Shown here in pieces: positions 56,093-64,000 of a DNA stretch of 64,000 bases. The DNA comes from a virus, in IMG/VR virus record IMGVR_UViG_3300025174_000005, one strand, 5' to 3'. The translations under genes were made by a program, and so were the position numbers. Every line of letters starts with the position of its first letter. The first letter of the stretch is position 1. A model generated the notes under the pieces. The model made no database searches. It was given only the letters and a program-made list of their open reading frames with translations, and was not told the origin of the DNA.

Positions 56093-56297
56093 TTGATTTG
56101 CTTTGCTCGCTGTCTGGTTCGTATGTTGGTTTATTGTATTTGAATTTGATGGTAACTATTTCTTCATCTTCTTCTACAAACCTAACACCGTAATGCATTT
56201 GAGACACGCCAGGGATACCTTTGTGTTTAATAAAGGTTGCACCTTCGTCTTCATAAAGTCTAATTAATTTCTTTTCGTGTTCTTTTGGATCTATCAT
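56040..56297 (-). CDS. Hypothetical protein
   Basis: AGGAG RBS; first gene after the 56.3 kb promoter. Confidence 0.6.
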   Translation of the reverse strand: MIDPKEHEKKLIRLYEDEGATFIKHKGIPGVSQMHYGVRFVEEDEEIVTIKFKYNKPTYEPDSEQSKSSEPKEILSETNQSSETN

Positions 56298-56312
56298 GGT
56301 TTTATCTCCTAT

Positions 56313-56341
56313 ATCGTACCATATTGAAAATGTAATGTCAA
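56313..56341 (-). promoter_or_regulatory. Sigma70-type promoter for the ruvC-sigma-Cas4 block
   Basis: On the minus strand TTGACA-N17-TACGAT with TG-N extended -10. Confidence 0.6.
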
Positions 56342-56346
56342 TTGAT

Positions 56347-57279
56347 TTACTTACTCAAATTATGGGGTATCAATACATCTTTGGAGTTTGTAATTAGTTG
56401 AGCTACTTCTTCCACTTCTATATCCTCTGTTTCCGTTTGTTCCTTTGGTTCTTCCCATGGCAATCCCTCCCTGTTAGTAAATAGCGGCTTACGAGAGCCG
56501 TATATGAGCCAGGAATCACATTCTTTAGTAAAAGGACAAGTAGAGCACCTACCTCCTTTAATTGGATATACTACACGGAGTTGCATAGCGTGACCGACAC
56601 TATCCACAAGCCTCTTAAGGTATTGCTTTCTCCATACTTGTATAACTACCCTAGATGTAATGTTTCTACCCTTACGATCTGTCCATAAGACAGTAACCTC
56701 ATTAATTGGTTTCCCATATATGTATTCTATAGCCATACACCATGACGTATATAACATATGGTGTTCCTCAGATATAGATGTACCCATAGCAGATGCTCTA
56801 ATATCCAATATAGATATACTATCGTATTGTGGGCAATATCGAACAACAGGTAGTTGACCAACTATGTAGTGTCTTCCGCATGGTATTCGAAAACTTTCAT
56901 TAACAGACATGGGTTTGTGTATTGGCCTACTCTTTCTCCAGTTAACAAACCTATGAAGTGCATCATATCCACCTTTAAGTAATTTCTCTGCACCTGTCAT
57001 AAGTAGACTACCATGACTACTAACTTTATAGTCATGTTCTAATGGATTAATTTTTGTGCGCCACATAAGTGCTAGACGATTACGAAGAACTGATTCTAAT
57101 GTAATATGACCTAGTAGTTCTTCTGTGTAGGTATACTCTATAAGTTCTTTGAGATCTATGTGTATCTTATCTTGTAGATGAGGTTCTTCTTCTAAAACTA
57201 GTTTATTCTCTAAGAAAAGAAATTGGTGCTGTAATGGACAACCTATAAAGGTCTGAAGTTGTTTAACTGTTATATCCAC
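56347..57279 (-). CDS. AddB/Cas4-like PD-(D/E)XK-fold protein with degenerate catalytic motifs
   Basis: LQTFIGCP at the N-terminus and CSTCPFTKEC at the C-terminus; GQLP and ILDIRA in place of G.ID and IIDYK. Confidence 0.6.
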   Translation of the reverse strand: MDITVKQLQTFIGCPLQHQFLFLENKLVLEEEPHLQDKIHIDLKELIEYTYTEELLGHITLESVLRNRLALMWRTKINPLEHDYKVSSHGSLLMTGAEKLLKGGYDALHRFVNWRKSRPIHKPMSVNESFRIPCGRHYIVGQLPVVRYCPQYDSISILDIRASAMGTSISEEHHMLYTSWCMAIEYIYGKPINEVTVLWTDRKGRNITSRVVIQVWRKQYLKRLVDSVGHAMQLRVVYPIKGGRCSTCPFTKECDSWLIYGSRKPLFTNREGLPWEEPKEQTETEDIEVEEVAQLITNSKDVLIPHNLSK

Positions 57280-57312
57280 TAGAGCACCGTATATGAAAGG
57301 AGTTGCTAATAA

Positions 57313-57902
57313 CTAAGGTTGTAATCCGTGTTTAGTATACGGATCTGAACCTGCTTCAAAGAGACGTTCTTTTTCTGCATCAGGTAATCTTTCGAAAATA
57401 GCTATATCAGCATTAATAGTATCTTTAACTACAGCATTCTTCTTTTCTGCACTACGAACAGAGCATTGCACATGAGCACGCTTAGAGAGTTCTAATTGTT
57501 GAATAGCTGGGTCATCAGACAAGGGTACGCCACTGAATTCATCACTAAGGCCTAGTATGGGCTTTCCACAAAACTGACAATAGATAGGACGTTGTGAGAA
57601 TGCAGGAGCTATTTGATTGAGCATATTTGCCATATTCTGCATTGGATCATTAGCCATAACTAACCTCCTTTCTTAATTGTCGTGAGTGCATACAACATCA
57701 TTAGAGCACCCATAAAAAAATTATAATGTTTCATGTCAAGAGTACGCTTTGCGAATGCCATAGCTGCTGATAAGGCAGTGGTTGCACCAGGAAACAGTTC
57801 TTCTGCTGCCTTATCGATTCCCCTTCTCTCTTCTGAGAGAGGTTGTGTAGTAGCTACATCGAACAAAGCTTGTATTATTTTATTATCTAATGGAGATTGC
57901 AT
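57313..57902 (-). CDS. Two small hypothetical ORFs (57313-57657 zinc finger; 57660-57902)
   Basis: CQFC...HVQC in the first. Confidence 0.6.
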
Positions 57903-57940
57903 AAGTAATACCTCGTATAATAATATCGTCTATGTATATA

Positions 57941-58990
57941 TTACACTAAACCATTGATGGCGTCAAGATAGTATCGACTCCGAGTCTCATCTGCTTCGTG
58001 GAGTACTGACATCTCGGGTACTAATTCATAGAAGAGATGAGCCTTAAAGTCACTGAGTTTGTTTTTGAGAACGTTAACTTCTAATACAGGAAACTTCTGA
58101 TAGGAAGGTTTATCTGATCTCGTATAATACACCTTGGGGTCTGGTAGATTTAATTGAACTTCCGAATAACATAACATAGCAACATCGCTGTCATATTTAA
58201 TAGCTGAACTATCCCTAATATCATCTAGTGTAGGGCGGGCATTTAGTTTCTGCTTATCTGACTTTCTAAGTTCTGCTGTTACTAATACTGGTACTTTATA
58301 TTTCTTCATTATCTCATCTTTAAGTTGTGATGATATATATTTAGTAGCAGCAACTGATTCGTTTAGTTTATATGATGTAGTTGTTAGATCATGTAGGGCA
58401 TCTACGCATACTACTATATTCTTATGACCATAACGTGCCTGTACGTCATTGTATATCCTAGCAACATCTTTAGTTACTAGCTCTATACTATTACCTCCTA
58501 GATGTACTGAAGATACTATAGAGAATGATTTGGGTACTGTCTCCCTGAATTCTTTGATTGCTTGATCTCTACGCAATACTAATTCTGGATGGGTCTTCTG
58601 CCACTTCTTAGGTTTAACCACCACTGATATAGGTATTCTAGCCATCATCGCCAGTAATCTAGCTGCGATAACTGTTTCATCATCATCTATGGCATAGTAT
58701 ATTACATGTATGGGATCGTTATTACGTGCTAATTGCCATGCAATTGCCATCATAATTGCTGATTTCCCTATATTGGTTTCTCCTGCGATAATATAGAATC
58801 CCTTAGATATTCCTTCGAAAGCATTCATAAGACGTGGAAACTCTACCTTATATCCCCCTTCCTCACGTTGACTCCACGATTCTTCTTCTAATAAATTAAT
58901 AGTAGACTTAGTTCTCTGTTCATAAAAAGGCGCTTGAGTTAATTGTTCATCAACTGCTTCCTTTACTTTAACAATATTTGGATTATCCAT
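57941..58990 (-). CDS. dnaB: DnaB-like replicative helicase
   Basis: AGETNIGKS, VCVDAL, VTAELRK, PTLDDIRDSSAIKYDSD, VLKNK. Confidence 0.9.
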   Translation of the reverse strand: MDNPNIVKVKEAVDEQLTQAPFYEQRTKSTINLLEEESWSQREEGGYKVEFPRLMNAFEGISKGFYIIAGETNIGKSAIMMAIAWQLARNNDPIHVIYYAIDDDETVIAARLLAMMARIPISVVVKPKKWQKTHPELVLRRDQAIKEFRETVPKSFSIVSSVHLGGNSIELVTKDVARIYNDVQARYGHKNIVVCVDALHDLTTTSYKLNESVAATKYISSQLKDEIMKKYKVPVLVTAELRKSDKQKLNARPTLDDIRDSSAIKYDSDVAMLCYSEVQLNLPDPKVYYTRSDKPSYQKFPVLEVNVLKNKLSDFKAHLFYELVPEMSVLHEADETRSRYYLDAINGLV

Positions 58991-58992
58991 AT

Positions 58993-60114
58993 TTAGTTAT
59001 TAATCTCCTTGTTGTGTATCTGATATTTATTTTTAAACGCACAATGTTCTGGAACACATATACCTGATAGTTCTTTGAATTTGGGACATCCATATGTTTT
59101 ACCACGAGCTGAGAATTGATATCTAACTGTGTTTTCTATCTCACGTAATTCTCTATCATCTATAATTGGTGGATCGCATTTAAGCTGCGCCCAATCTATT
59201 ATAATGGCAACGGTAGTATCAATATCCATCCCTGTCTGTCTAAAGTGAGAGGCAAGAGCGGCTGCACTCTCATTTCGTTTACCTTGGCGTACCCCTTCCA
59301 TAAGCATCTTTTGTACACACGGTATATCTTCTGTATTTACATTAATACTTGTATTGTGTTCGCGTAAACGTTTAAGTTTTTGTTCTTCTATCCTTGCTGT
59401 TTCTTTAATAAGTAGTTGTATCATAATACGTGTTCTTGTATGGATACTTACGTTCTCATAACAATGACGTGTAATGGGTTTCTGTGCCATCTGGCAAATT
59501 TCATTATACGTGAGTAGTTGTGTATCTGTCAAGGTTAGGGGTATTTTAAATAAGTTTGTTTTACCGTGTCTTGTTAGGGGTACTCTAAATAATCTACGTG
59601 CATCATATACACGTAGATCTAAGGTGGTTACTCCTGTCATTTCTATAACTAGCTCTGCCAGTCTTCTGTATATAATATGTAAATGTTTGTGTGGTATTAT
59701 ATCTAATACCTCTGGTTCTATAATACCATGCACTCCCTTACTGCCACTAAAGAACCATTGTATTGCATGACTAGGTAAATACCATTCTGATTCAAAATAT
59801 TTAACTATCTTAGTTAGTTCGAATACAACTAACTTCCAATTAGCTTCTGGTGTACTTGCGTCTTGACTATCAAGATCAAATACCATAGGACCATATTTAA
59901 TGGCTTCTTCTTGTTTAATAGATTCATTTATATAATCTTCTGGTATACCTTCGTATCTTAGGTAGGTAGTAAATGTATCTGTAACTGACCACCTATCTTT
60001 AAGTTGGGCTAATTCTGTATTAGCTGGCCAATAAGTAAAGCGATTTCGTGCAAGAGCTTCGTTTGTGCTCGTACGAAATCGCCATCCGTATTCTATTACG
60101 TTTGGTTGTGTCAT
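58993..60114 (-). CDS. Archaeo-eukaryotic-type primase with a PriCT domain and a C-terminal Cys cluster
   Basis: MVFDLD, FSGSKGVH, RLFRVP.T.H.KT, GVRQGKRNESA, YGC..F...C....C. Confidence 0.88.
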   Translation of the reverse strand: MTQPNVIEYGWRFRTSTNEALARNRFTYWPANTELAQLKDRWSVTDTFTTYLRYEGIPEDYINESIKQEEAIKYGPMVFDLDSQDASTPEANWKLVVFELTKIVKYFESEWYLPSHAIQWFFSGSKGVHGIIEPEVLDIIPHKHLHIIYRRLAELVIEMTGVTTLDLRVYDARRLFRVPLTRHGKTNLFKIPLTLTDTQLLTYNEICQMAQKPITRHCYENVSIHTRTRIMIQLLIKETARIEEQKLKRLREHNTSINVNTEDIPCVQKMLMEGVRQGKRNESAAALASHFRQTGMDIDTTVAIIIDWAQLKCDPPIIDDRELREIENTVRYQFSARGKTYGCPKFKELSGICVPEHCAFKNKYQIHNKEINN

Positions 60115-60138
60115 AGGTAGTGCCAGCTCCTAATTAGT

Positions 60139-60672
60139 TTATACACTTTCTATATTACTTAATACTTCTAATAAGTAATCGTTAAACTCCTTAATATTAG
60201 TAGAGTTAATATCTCTTATAGACTCTAATGTCCCTGCTGAGAAATTATGTACGTGTTCATTTAGTTCTTCATTCTTCTTAATACCAAGCCTTGTTTTTAA
60301 GTTCTTAAATCGCTGACGCTCTGTGATGGGTTCAGGCTCAGGTTGAACCTCAATATTTTCCAGAGATACCGCATCATCAACTAAAACTGCTCCACAATAT
60401 CTCATTGTCTCTAGAAGGGCGTAACGCTGTACGTCTTCTATGGTAAATGTAGAAGGAGCTGAGGACCATATCGTTCTAATTACCATATCTTTATCATCAT
60501 TAGCAGGTATTTCTAGATGACAAGCTATCATCCATGTAGCTGTTTCCCCAATATTTAAAAGAGTAGGTTCTTCAAATTCAATTAAACTAGTAGGGGATAC
60601 TTTTATGAGTATCCCTACTAGTTCATCTACTGAACTATTTTTAGATATTTGTATTCCTTGAAGTATATTCAT
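60139..60672 (-). CDS. Hypothetical protein, first gene of the primase-helicase operon
   Basis: 177-aa ORF with no RBS; ATG falls at the predicted +1. Confidence 0.65.
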   Translation of the reverse strand: MNILQGIQISKNSSVDELVGILIKVSPTSLIEFEEPTLLNIGETATWMIACHLEIPANDDKDMVIRTIWSSAPSTFTIEDVQRYALLETMRYCGAVLVDDAVSLENIEVQPEPEPITERQRFKNLKTRLGIKKNEELNEHVHNFSAGTLESIRDINSTNIKEFNDYLLEVLSNIESV

Positions 60673-60678
60673 GTCTAT

Positions 60679-60707
60679 ATTATATTCATTTAGTCTATAT
60701 ATGTCAA
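60679..60707 (-). promoter_or_regulatory. Perfect consensus sigma70 promoter
   Basis: Minus strand TTGACA (60707-60702)-N17-TATAAT (60684-60679). Confidence 0.85.
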
Positions 60708-60708
60708 C

Positions 60709-61593
60709 CTAAAACCGAACGCCTATGTATGCCATCGGCTCAATACCCGTGCCACTAAAGGGCACAGCAACACCTACGCCCACAAAATAATCTCTGTTCT
60801 TGTTTAGGTCTTTCGAGACACCTAAACCTACTGCGAGATCGTCTCCTCCTCGGCGTTTAATTAACATAGCATCATAATTAATTTTACCTACAAAAGGTAT
60901 GCGACCTTCACCTACCGTATAGCTCATACCTTGTCCGTAGGTGGAATAAATAGCACTCCACCTACTGTGCTTAGTAGGTAGTTCTATTATCTCTGCCTTG
61001 GGCTTAACTATCGTCTCTATCTTAGTATTATTAACCTGTTCTCTAACTGCATCAGCTACGCTCTGTTTAAGTTCTCCTTTAGACATATCAGTAATTGGTT
61101 TTTTATCATCTTCTTTTGGTGTAATTTTAATAGGTTCTGCTTTAGCCACTGAGGATGCGTCTGTTGTAATCTTAACGCCTAATTTCTTCTTCTGATTGAT
61201 TAGATTCTGGAGTAAACTAGATGCTTCTCCTAGTGGTATGTTTAGGGCTTTAGATAGTGCTTCTGTAGCTCCACGCTCTATTGCTGGTAAATTACCTAAT
61301 GTAATATTGGGTGATGTAACTAGTGGATTATTGCCAGCTAATGCGGGTATTAGTATGTTAACTGGCGGTAATGGGTTATTAGATAGCGGTACTTTATCTG
61401 TGGGTCTATTGGCCATGGCTTGAAGTTGTAATGCAAGTAATTGGTTTTGTTGTTGTATAGGTTTTAGTATAAATAAATATCCCATTATAATAATACCTAT
61501 GAGAATCAATATAACCCCTGTCATAGCTACTGATAGAGAAATATATCCTTCTGGTGGAGCCTTACTTCTTAAGCTGCGTTTTATAGTTCTCAC
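60709..61593 (-). CDS. Membrane-anchored protein with C-terminal amphipathic beta strands (spanin-like candidate)
   Basis: One N-terminal TM helix, Pro/coiled linker, C-terminal YIGVRF*. Confidence 0.5.
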   Translation of the reverse strand: MRTIKRSLRSKAPPEGYISLSVAMTGVILILIGIIIMGYLFILKPIQQQNQLLALQLQAMANRPTDKVPLSNNPLPPVNILIPALAGNNPLVTSPNITLGNLPAIERGATEALSKALNIPLGEASSLLQNLINQKKKLGVKITTDASSVAKAEPIKITPKEDDKKPITDMSKGELKQSVADAVREQVNNTKIETIVKPKAEIIELPTKHSRWSAIYSTYGQGMSYTVGEGRIPFVGKINYDAMLIKRRGGDDLAVGLGVSKDLNKNRDYFVGVGVAVPFSGTGIEPMAYIGVRF

Positions 61594-62420
61594 AATATCG
61601 AACCTCCTGGTCCTTGAAATAAATGTCCTTGTTTAGTTTTTTGATCTCGCACTTGGTGTTGTATTCGTTTCTTGTTGGTTTTTATTGGATTTTGTTCTGT
61701 TGGTGCAGGTAGTGATCGCATTTTAATGACTTCCTTTTGTTTTTCGTGTGCTATAGCACGATCGTGTATGAGTTGTTTCCGCTTGATCTCATACATCTTA
61801 AAATCTTCAACTGTCTCATATGTTGAAATGTCTTCTGCTGAGGGGCCACTGTATCCCAATCTGGATTCCTGTAGTTGTTCCTTTAAAGACGCTACTTTAT
61901 CTAATTCTTCCTGATATTTCTTACGTGCTAGTCTTGTAGAAATCCAATATTGTCGATCCTGCGCTTCAGAACGAGTATATTTAATAATTGCACTAAGTTC
62001 GCTCTCACTTAGTGTTAAATATTCTGGTTTAATTCCAACAAGCGGATCTTTTGATACTACTAATTTGGACAAATCAGCTGGAGAAGTACTTAATGTGCCT
62101 TCTTGTAGCATCTCAGAAATAATACTTTTTCCATGTTCGATACTTGTCTCACCAGTGCCTGCTGCCTGAGATTGTGCTAGATTTTCTAAGAAACTTTGAT
62201 TATATTCTGCGCCTATCCCCTTTCTCCCCAACCACTGCCGTAAACCCCCTATGCCACGAGCATATCTAGCCTTATCTATAGAAGTAACTCCCAGTTTTTT
62301 CATGGCTGATGATGCTAAGGTTTCAATTGTAGCAAAAATTGCAGCTGGTCTAGTGGCTGCTTGGGCTTCTGCTTTACGTACTAGCTGTTGAAGGGCGTAC
62401 TTGACTGGTGGTAATAACAT
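61590..62420 (-). CDS. Hypothetical helical protein
   Basis: 276-aa ORF coupled to the spanin-like gene. Confidence 0.6.
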   Translation of the reverse strand: MLLPPVKYALQQLVRKAEAQAATRPAAIFATIETLASSAMKKLGVTSIDKARYARGIGGLRQWLGRKGIGAEYNQSFLENLAQSQAAGTGETSIEHGKSIISEMLQEGTLSTSPADLSKLVVSKDPLVGIKPEYLTLSESELSAIIKYTRSEAQDRQYWISTRLARKKYQEELDKVASLKEQLQESRLGYSGPSAEDISTYETVEDFKMYEIKRKQLIHDRAIAHEKQKEVIKMRSLPAPTEQNPIKTNKKRIQHQVRDQKTKQGHLFQGPGGSIL

Positions 62421-62426
62421 ATATGT

Positions 62427-62843
62427 CTAAACTATATCTTCTTTAGTAAATTTATTTTTGTTTTCTTCTACTGCTTCCTCAACTGCAGTACTCACTACAG
62501 GATTTGTATCCTGTAGTTTACCTTCAAATTTCTCAATAAGACCAACTAATAAGGTAAGATTAGCGGACTCTGCTATGGATTTAGCTTCTTCTAGAACTGT
62601 TATGGCAACTACTAAACTAGCTGCTAATATACCCACTTCCATGTAAGCGCCTAAACATAGAAATAATATAACTATAAGTATGCGTTGAACAAGTCTATCT
62701 AAGAAGTGAGATAGCTTACCCATTTCAAACTTACCGCTCTTACGCTGTTCTATAACGGTAACCAATAAATCAATCACACGAGTTAATATAAGCACTGTAA
62801 ACATCCAACTATTTACTGTAATAATCTGCAGTATAGCAAACAT
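62427..62843 (-). CDS. Holin-like membrane protein (phage holin family 4 pattern)
   Basis: Three hydrophobic segments; ID.L....RKSGKF and EAKSIAES; charged C-terminal tail. Confidence 0.6.
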   Translation of the reverse strand: MFAILQIITVNSWMFTVLILTRVIDLLVTVIEQRKSGKFEMGKLSHFLDRLVQRILIVILFLCLGAYMEVGILAASLVVAITVLEEAKSIAESANLTLLVGLIEKFEGKLQDTNPVVSTAVEEAVEENKNKFTKEDIV

Positions 62844-62844
62844 G

Positions 62845-63741
62845 CTAATTACTTCCTTTTATTAAGTATTCAAACCCATTGTACTTCATCCATTCTTTAA
62901 CATCATCTATTGGTATAGCTAATCCAGGTGATGCCCCATATTTAGCAACCATTAGCGCATCTATGATGCCTACTACTTCTCCCTTAGAGTTAACAAGCAT
63001 ACACCCACTGTTGCCTGGCGATATAGATAGATCTACTTGTAAGAAGTCGCTAAGTCCTATAATAGAATGCGTCTTAGCAACGTATCCTTCAGAATAAGAA
63101 TGCTGTAATCCCAATGGAGATCCTATTGCCCTTACTATATCCCCAATCATTAATTTATTGCTACTGCCAAGCTTAACTGTTGGGATGTTAGTAGCATTGC
63201 TGTGTAGTAATGCTACGTCCATATACTTTGCTTTCCCTAATACTTTAAAAGGAGCATCGTACATTTGGTAGTCCTTATATAGCATATTGTTTGTTACCTT
63301 AATATCCCTACTTAATATCCTTGCATTAATTCCTGATTGATTAATGGCTTCTTGTACCATATTCACTACGTTCTCCCAATCAACTACATGAAATGCTGTT
63401 AAGTAGACTGTACTTGAATTATCTGATTTAATTGCAAATGAAGATCCTGTCCAGCGTAAGGTGATATTTACTGTCTTAGGAGATAGCTTTCGTGTGTTTA
63501 CCTCTTTTATATCTAACTCTAATGTTGTAAGTTTTCGATTATATAGACGCATATGTTTTTGTAATTTAGATTTTGAGGGCATACGATTGACCATAACTGG
63601 TACAACTATCTCATAGGTTATTTTTTGGGTGGCACTATCTAGTTGTTCATTGGTAGGTAATGTTTTAGGTAATTTAACATCATAAGATAGTATAAGTAAA
63701 AATGTTAGTAGTAGAAATACTAATATAGGTTTATTCTTCAT
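62845..63741 (-). CDS. Exported trypsin-like serine protease (S1C-like, no PDZ domain)
   Basis: Signal/anchor sequence; triad TAFHVV, DVALL, PGNSG. Confidence 0.88.
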   Translation of the reverse strand: MKNKPILVFLLLTFLLILSYDVKLPKTLPTNEQLDSATQKITYEIVVPVMVNRMPSKSKLQKHMRLYNRKLTTLELDIKEVNTRKLSPKTVNITLRWTGSSFAIKSDNSSTVYLTAFHVVDWENVVNMVQEAINQSGINARILSRDIKVTNNMLYKDYQMYDAPFKVLGKAKYMDVALLHSNATNIPTVKLGSSNKLMIGDIVRAIGSPLGLQHSYSEGYVAKTHSIIGLSDFLQVDLSISPGNSGCMLVNSKGEVVGIIDALMVAKYGASPGLAIPIDDVKEWMKYNGFEYLIKGSN

Positions 63742-63743
63742 AA

Positions 63744-63998
63744 CTATTTCCTCTCGATAATTAGGGATGCATAATTGTTTAGATGTTTACGTATAGCTTT
63801 TTCGTGAGCTATCATCTCCTTATATTTTATCCTGCACATATTGTCCTGTCTGAAGCAATACCTCGCTGTTGTTTCTGGTATATAGCAAAAATCATAGCGT
63901 TGGGCTAATCTACCCCACAGTTCCCAATCTTCATGATATTGGAGATCTGAATCAAACTGGAATTGAGGGAATATATCTGTTCTATGGGCTATGGATAT
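63744..63998 (-). CDS. 3' end of a GT2-family glycosyltransferase (start lies outside the window; not in the track)
   Basis: Hand translation ISIAHRTDIFPQFQFDSDLQYHEDWELWGRLAQRYDFCYIPETTARY...; FD..L...EDWELW.RL is the GT-A acceptor-side motif. Confidence 0.65.
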   Translation of the reverse strand: MSIAHRTDIFPQFQFDSDLQYHEDWELWGRLAQRYDFCYIPETTARYCFRQDNMCRIKYKEMIAHEKAIRKHLNNYASLIIERK

Positions 63999-64000
63999 TA

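Noticed and set aside
51900-57300. CRISPR array or cas locus suggested by the Cas4-like gene
   Set aside because: No regularly spaced 25-45 bp repeats seen here or elsewhere in the window, and no cas1/cas2 or effector genes; solo Cas4-like nucleases are common in phages.
1-64000. tRNA, tmRNA or rRNA genes
   Set aside because: GTTCG(A) hits (e.g. ~11651, ~16115) lie in ORFs or lack a cloverleaf; the intergenic gaps I read do not fold as tRNA. tRNAscan-SE/ARAGORN would be the decisive check.
1-64000. Stop-codon reassignment suggested by the release-factor-like gene
   Set aside because: Conserved genes are full length under code 11 and end in TAA, TAG and TGA; the GGQ protein has no codon-recognition domain.
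1-64000. Hammerhead ribozymes from CTGATGA hits
   Set aside because: The hits I saw are inside coding sequence without the flanking stems and GAAA core.

Overview
The window reads as part of the genome of a large, AT-rich dsDNA bacteriophage. This is inferred from dense gene packing, the gene content and fibre-like genes. No capsid, portal or terminase gene is recognisable here, so virion type and host are not established. Two arms converge at about 39.24 kb. The + arm (1-39.2 kb) carries replication, nucleotide and host-takeover genes: 5'-truncated DnaE, HNH, dNMP kinase, peptide deformylase, ClpP, UvrD, class II RNR, Rnl5-type RNA ligase, a GGQ release-factor-like protein, an anticodon-less class II aaRS paralogue, SSB, RecA, family-4 UDG, dUTPase, Hjc-like nuclease, an N6-A methyltransferase, HU, a lytic transglycosylase and ThyX, plus many small ORFans. 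The - arm (39.2-64 kb) carries a virion fibre/decoration cluster with three collinear ~770-815 aa paralogous fibres. It also carries Cas4-like and inactive-looking PD-(D/E)XK proteins, a sigma factor, RuvC, DnaB, an AEP primase, a holin-like gene, a spanin-like membrane protein, a trypsin-like protease and the 3' end of a GT2 glycosyltransferase. The strongest candidates for novelty are: (i) a dispersed family of at least five ~70-100 aa ORFans sharing a C-terminal P-x-D-[IVM]-x-R-[AI]-L-L-G helix; (ii) an IM-anchored protein ending in a BAM-type beta-signal near the holin; (iii) a 64-bp repeat that recreates an in-frame internally deleted gene stub; (iv) several structured intergenic RNA candidates; (v) an RNA-ligase/GGQ/aaRS-paralogue neighbourhood. 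All family calls come from motif recognition by eye; no database search was run.
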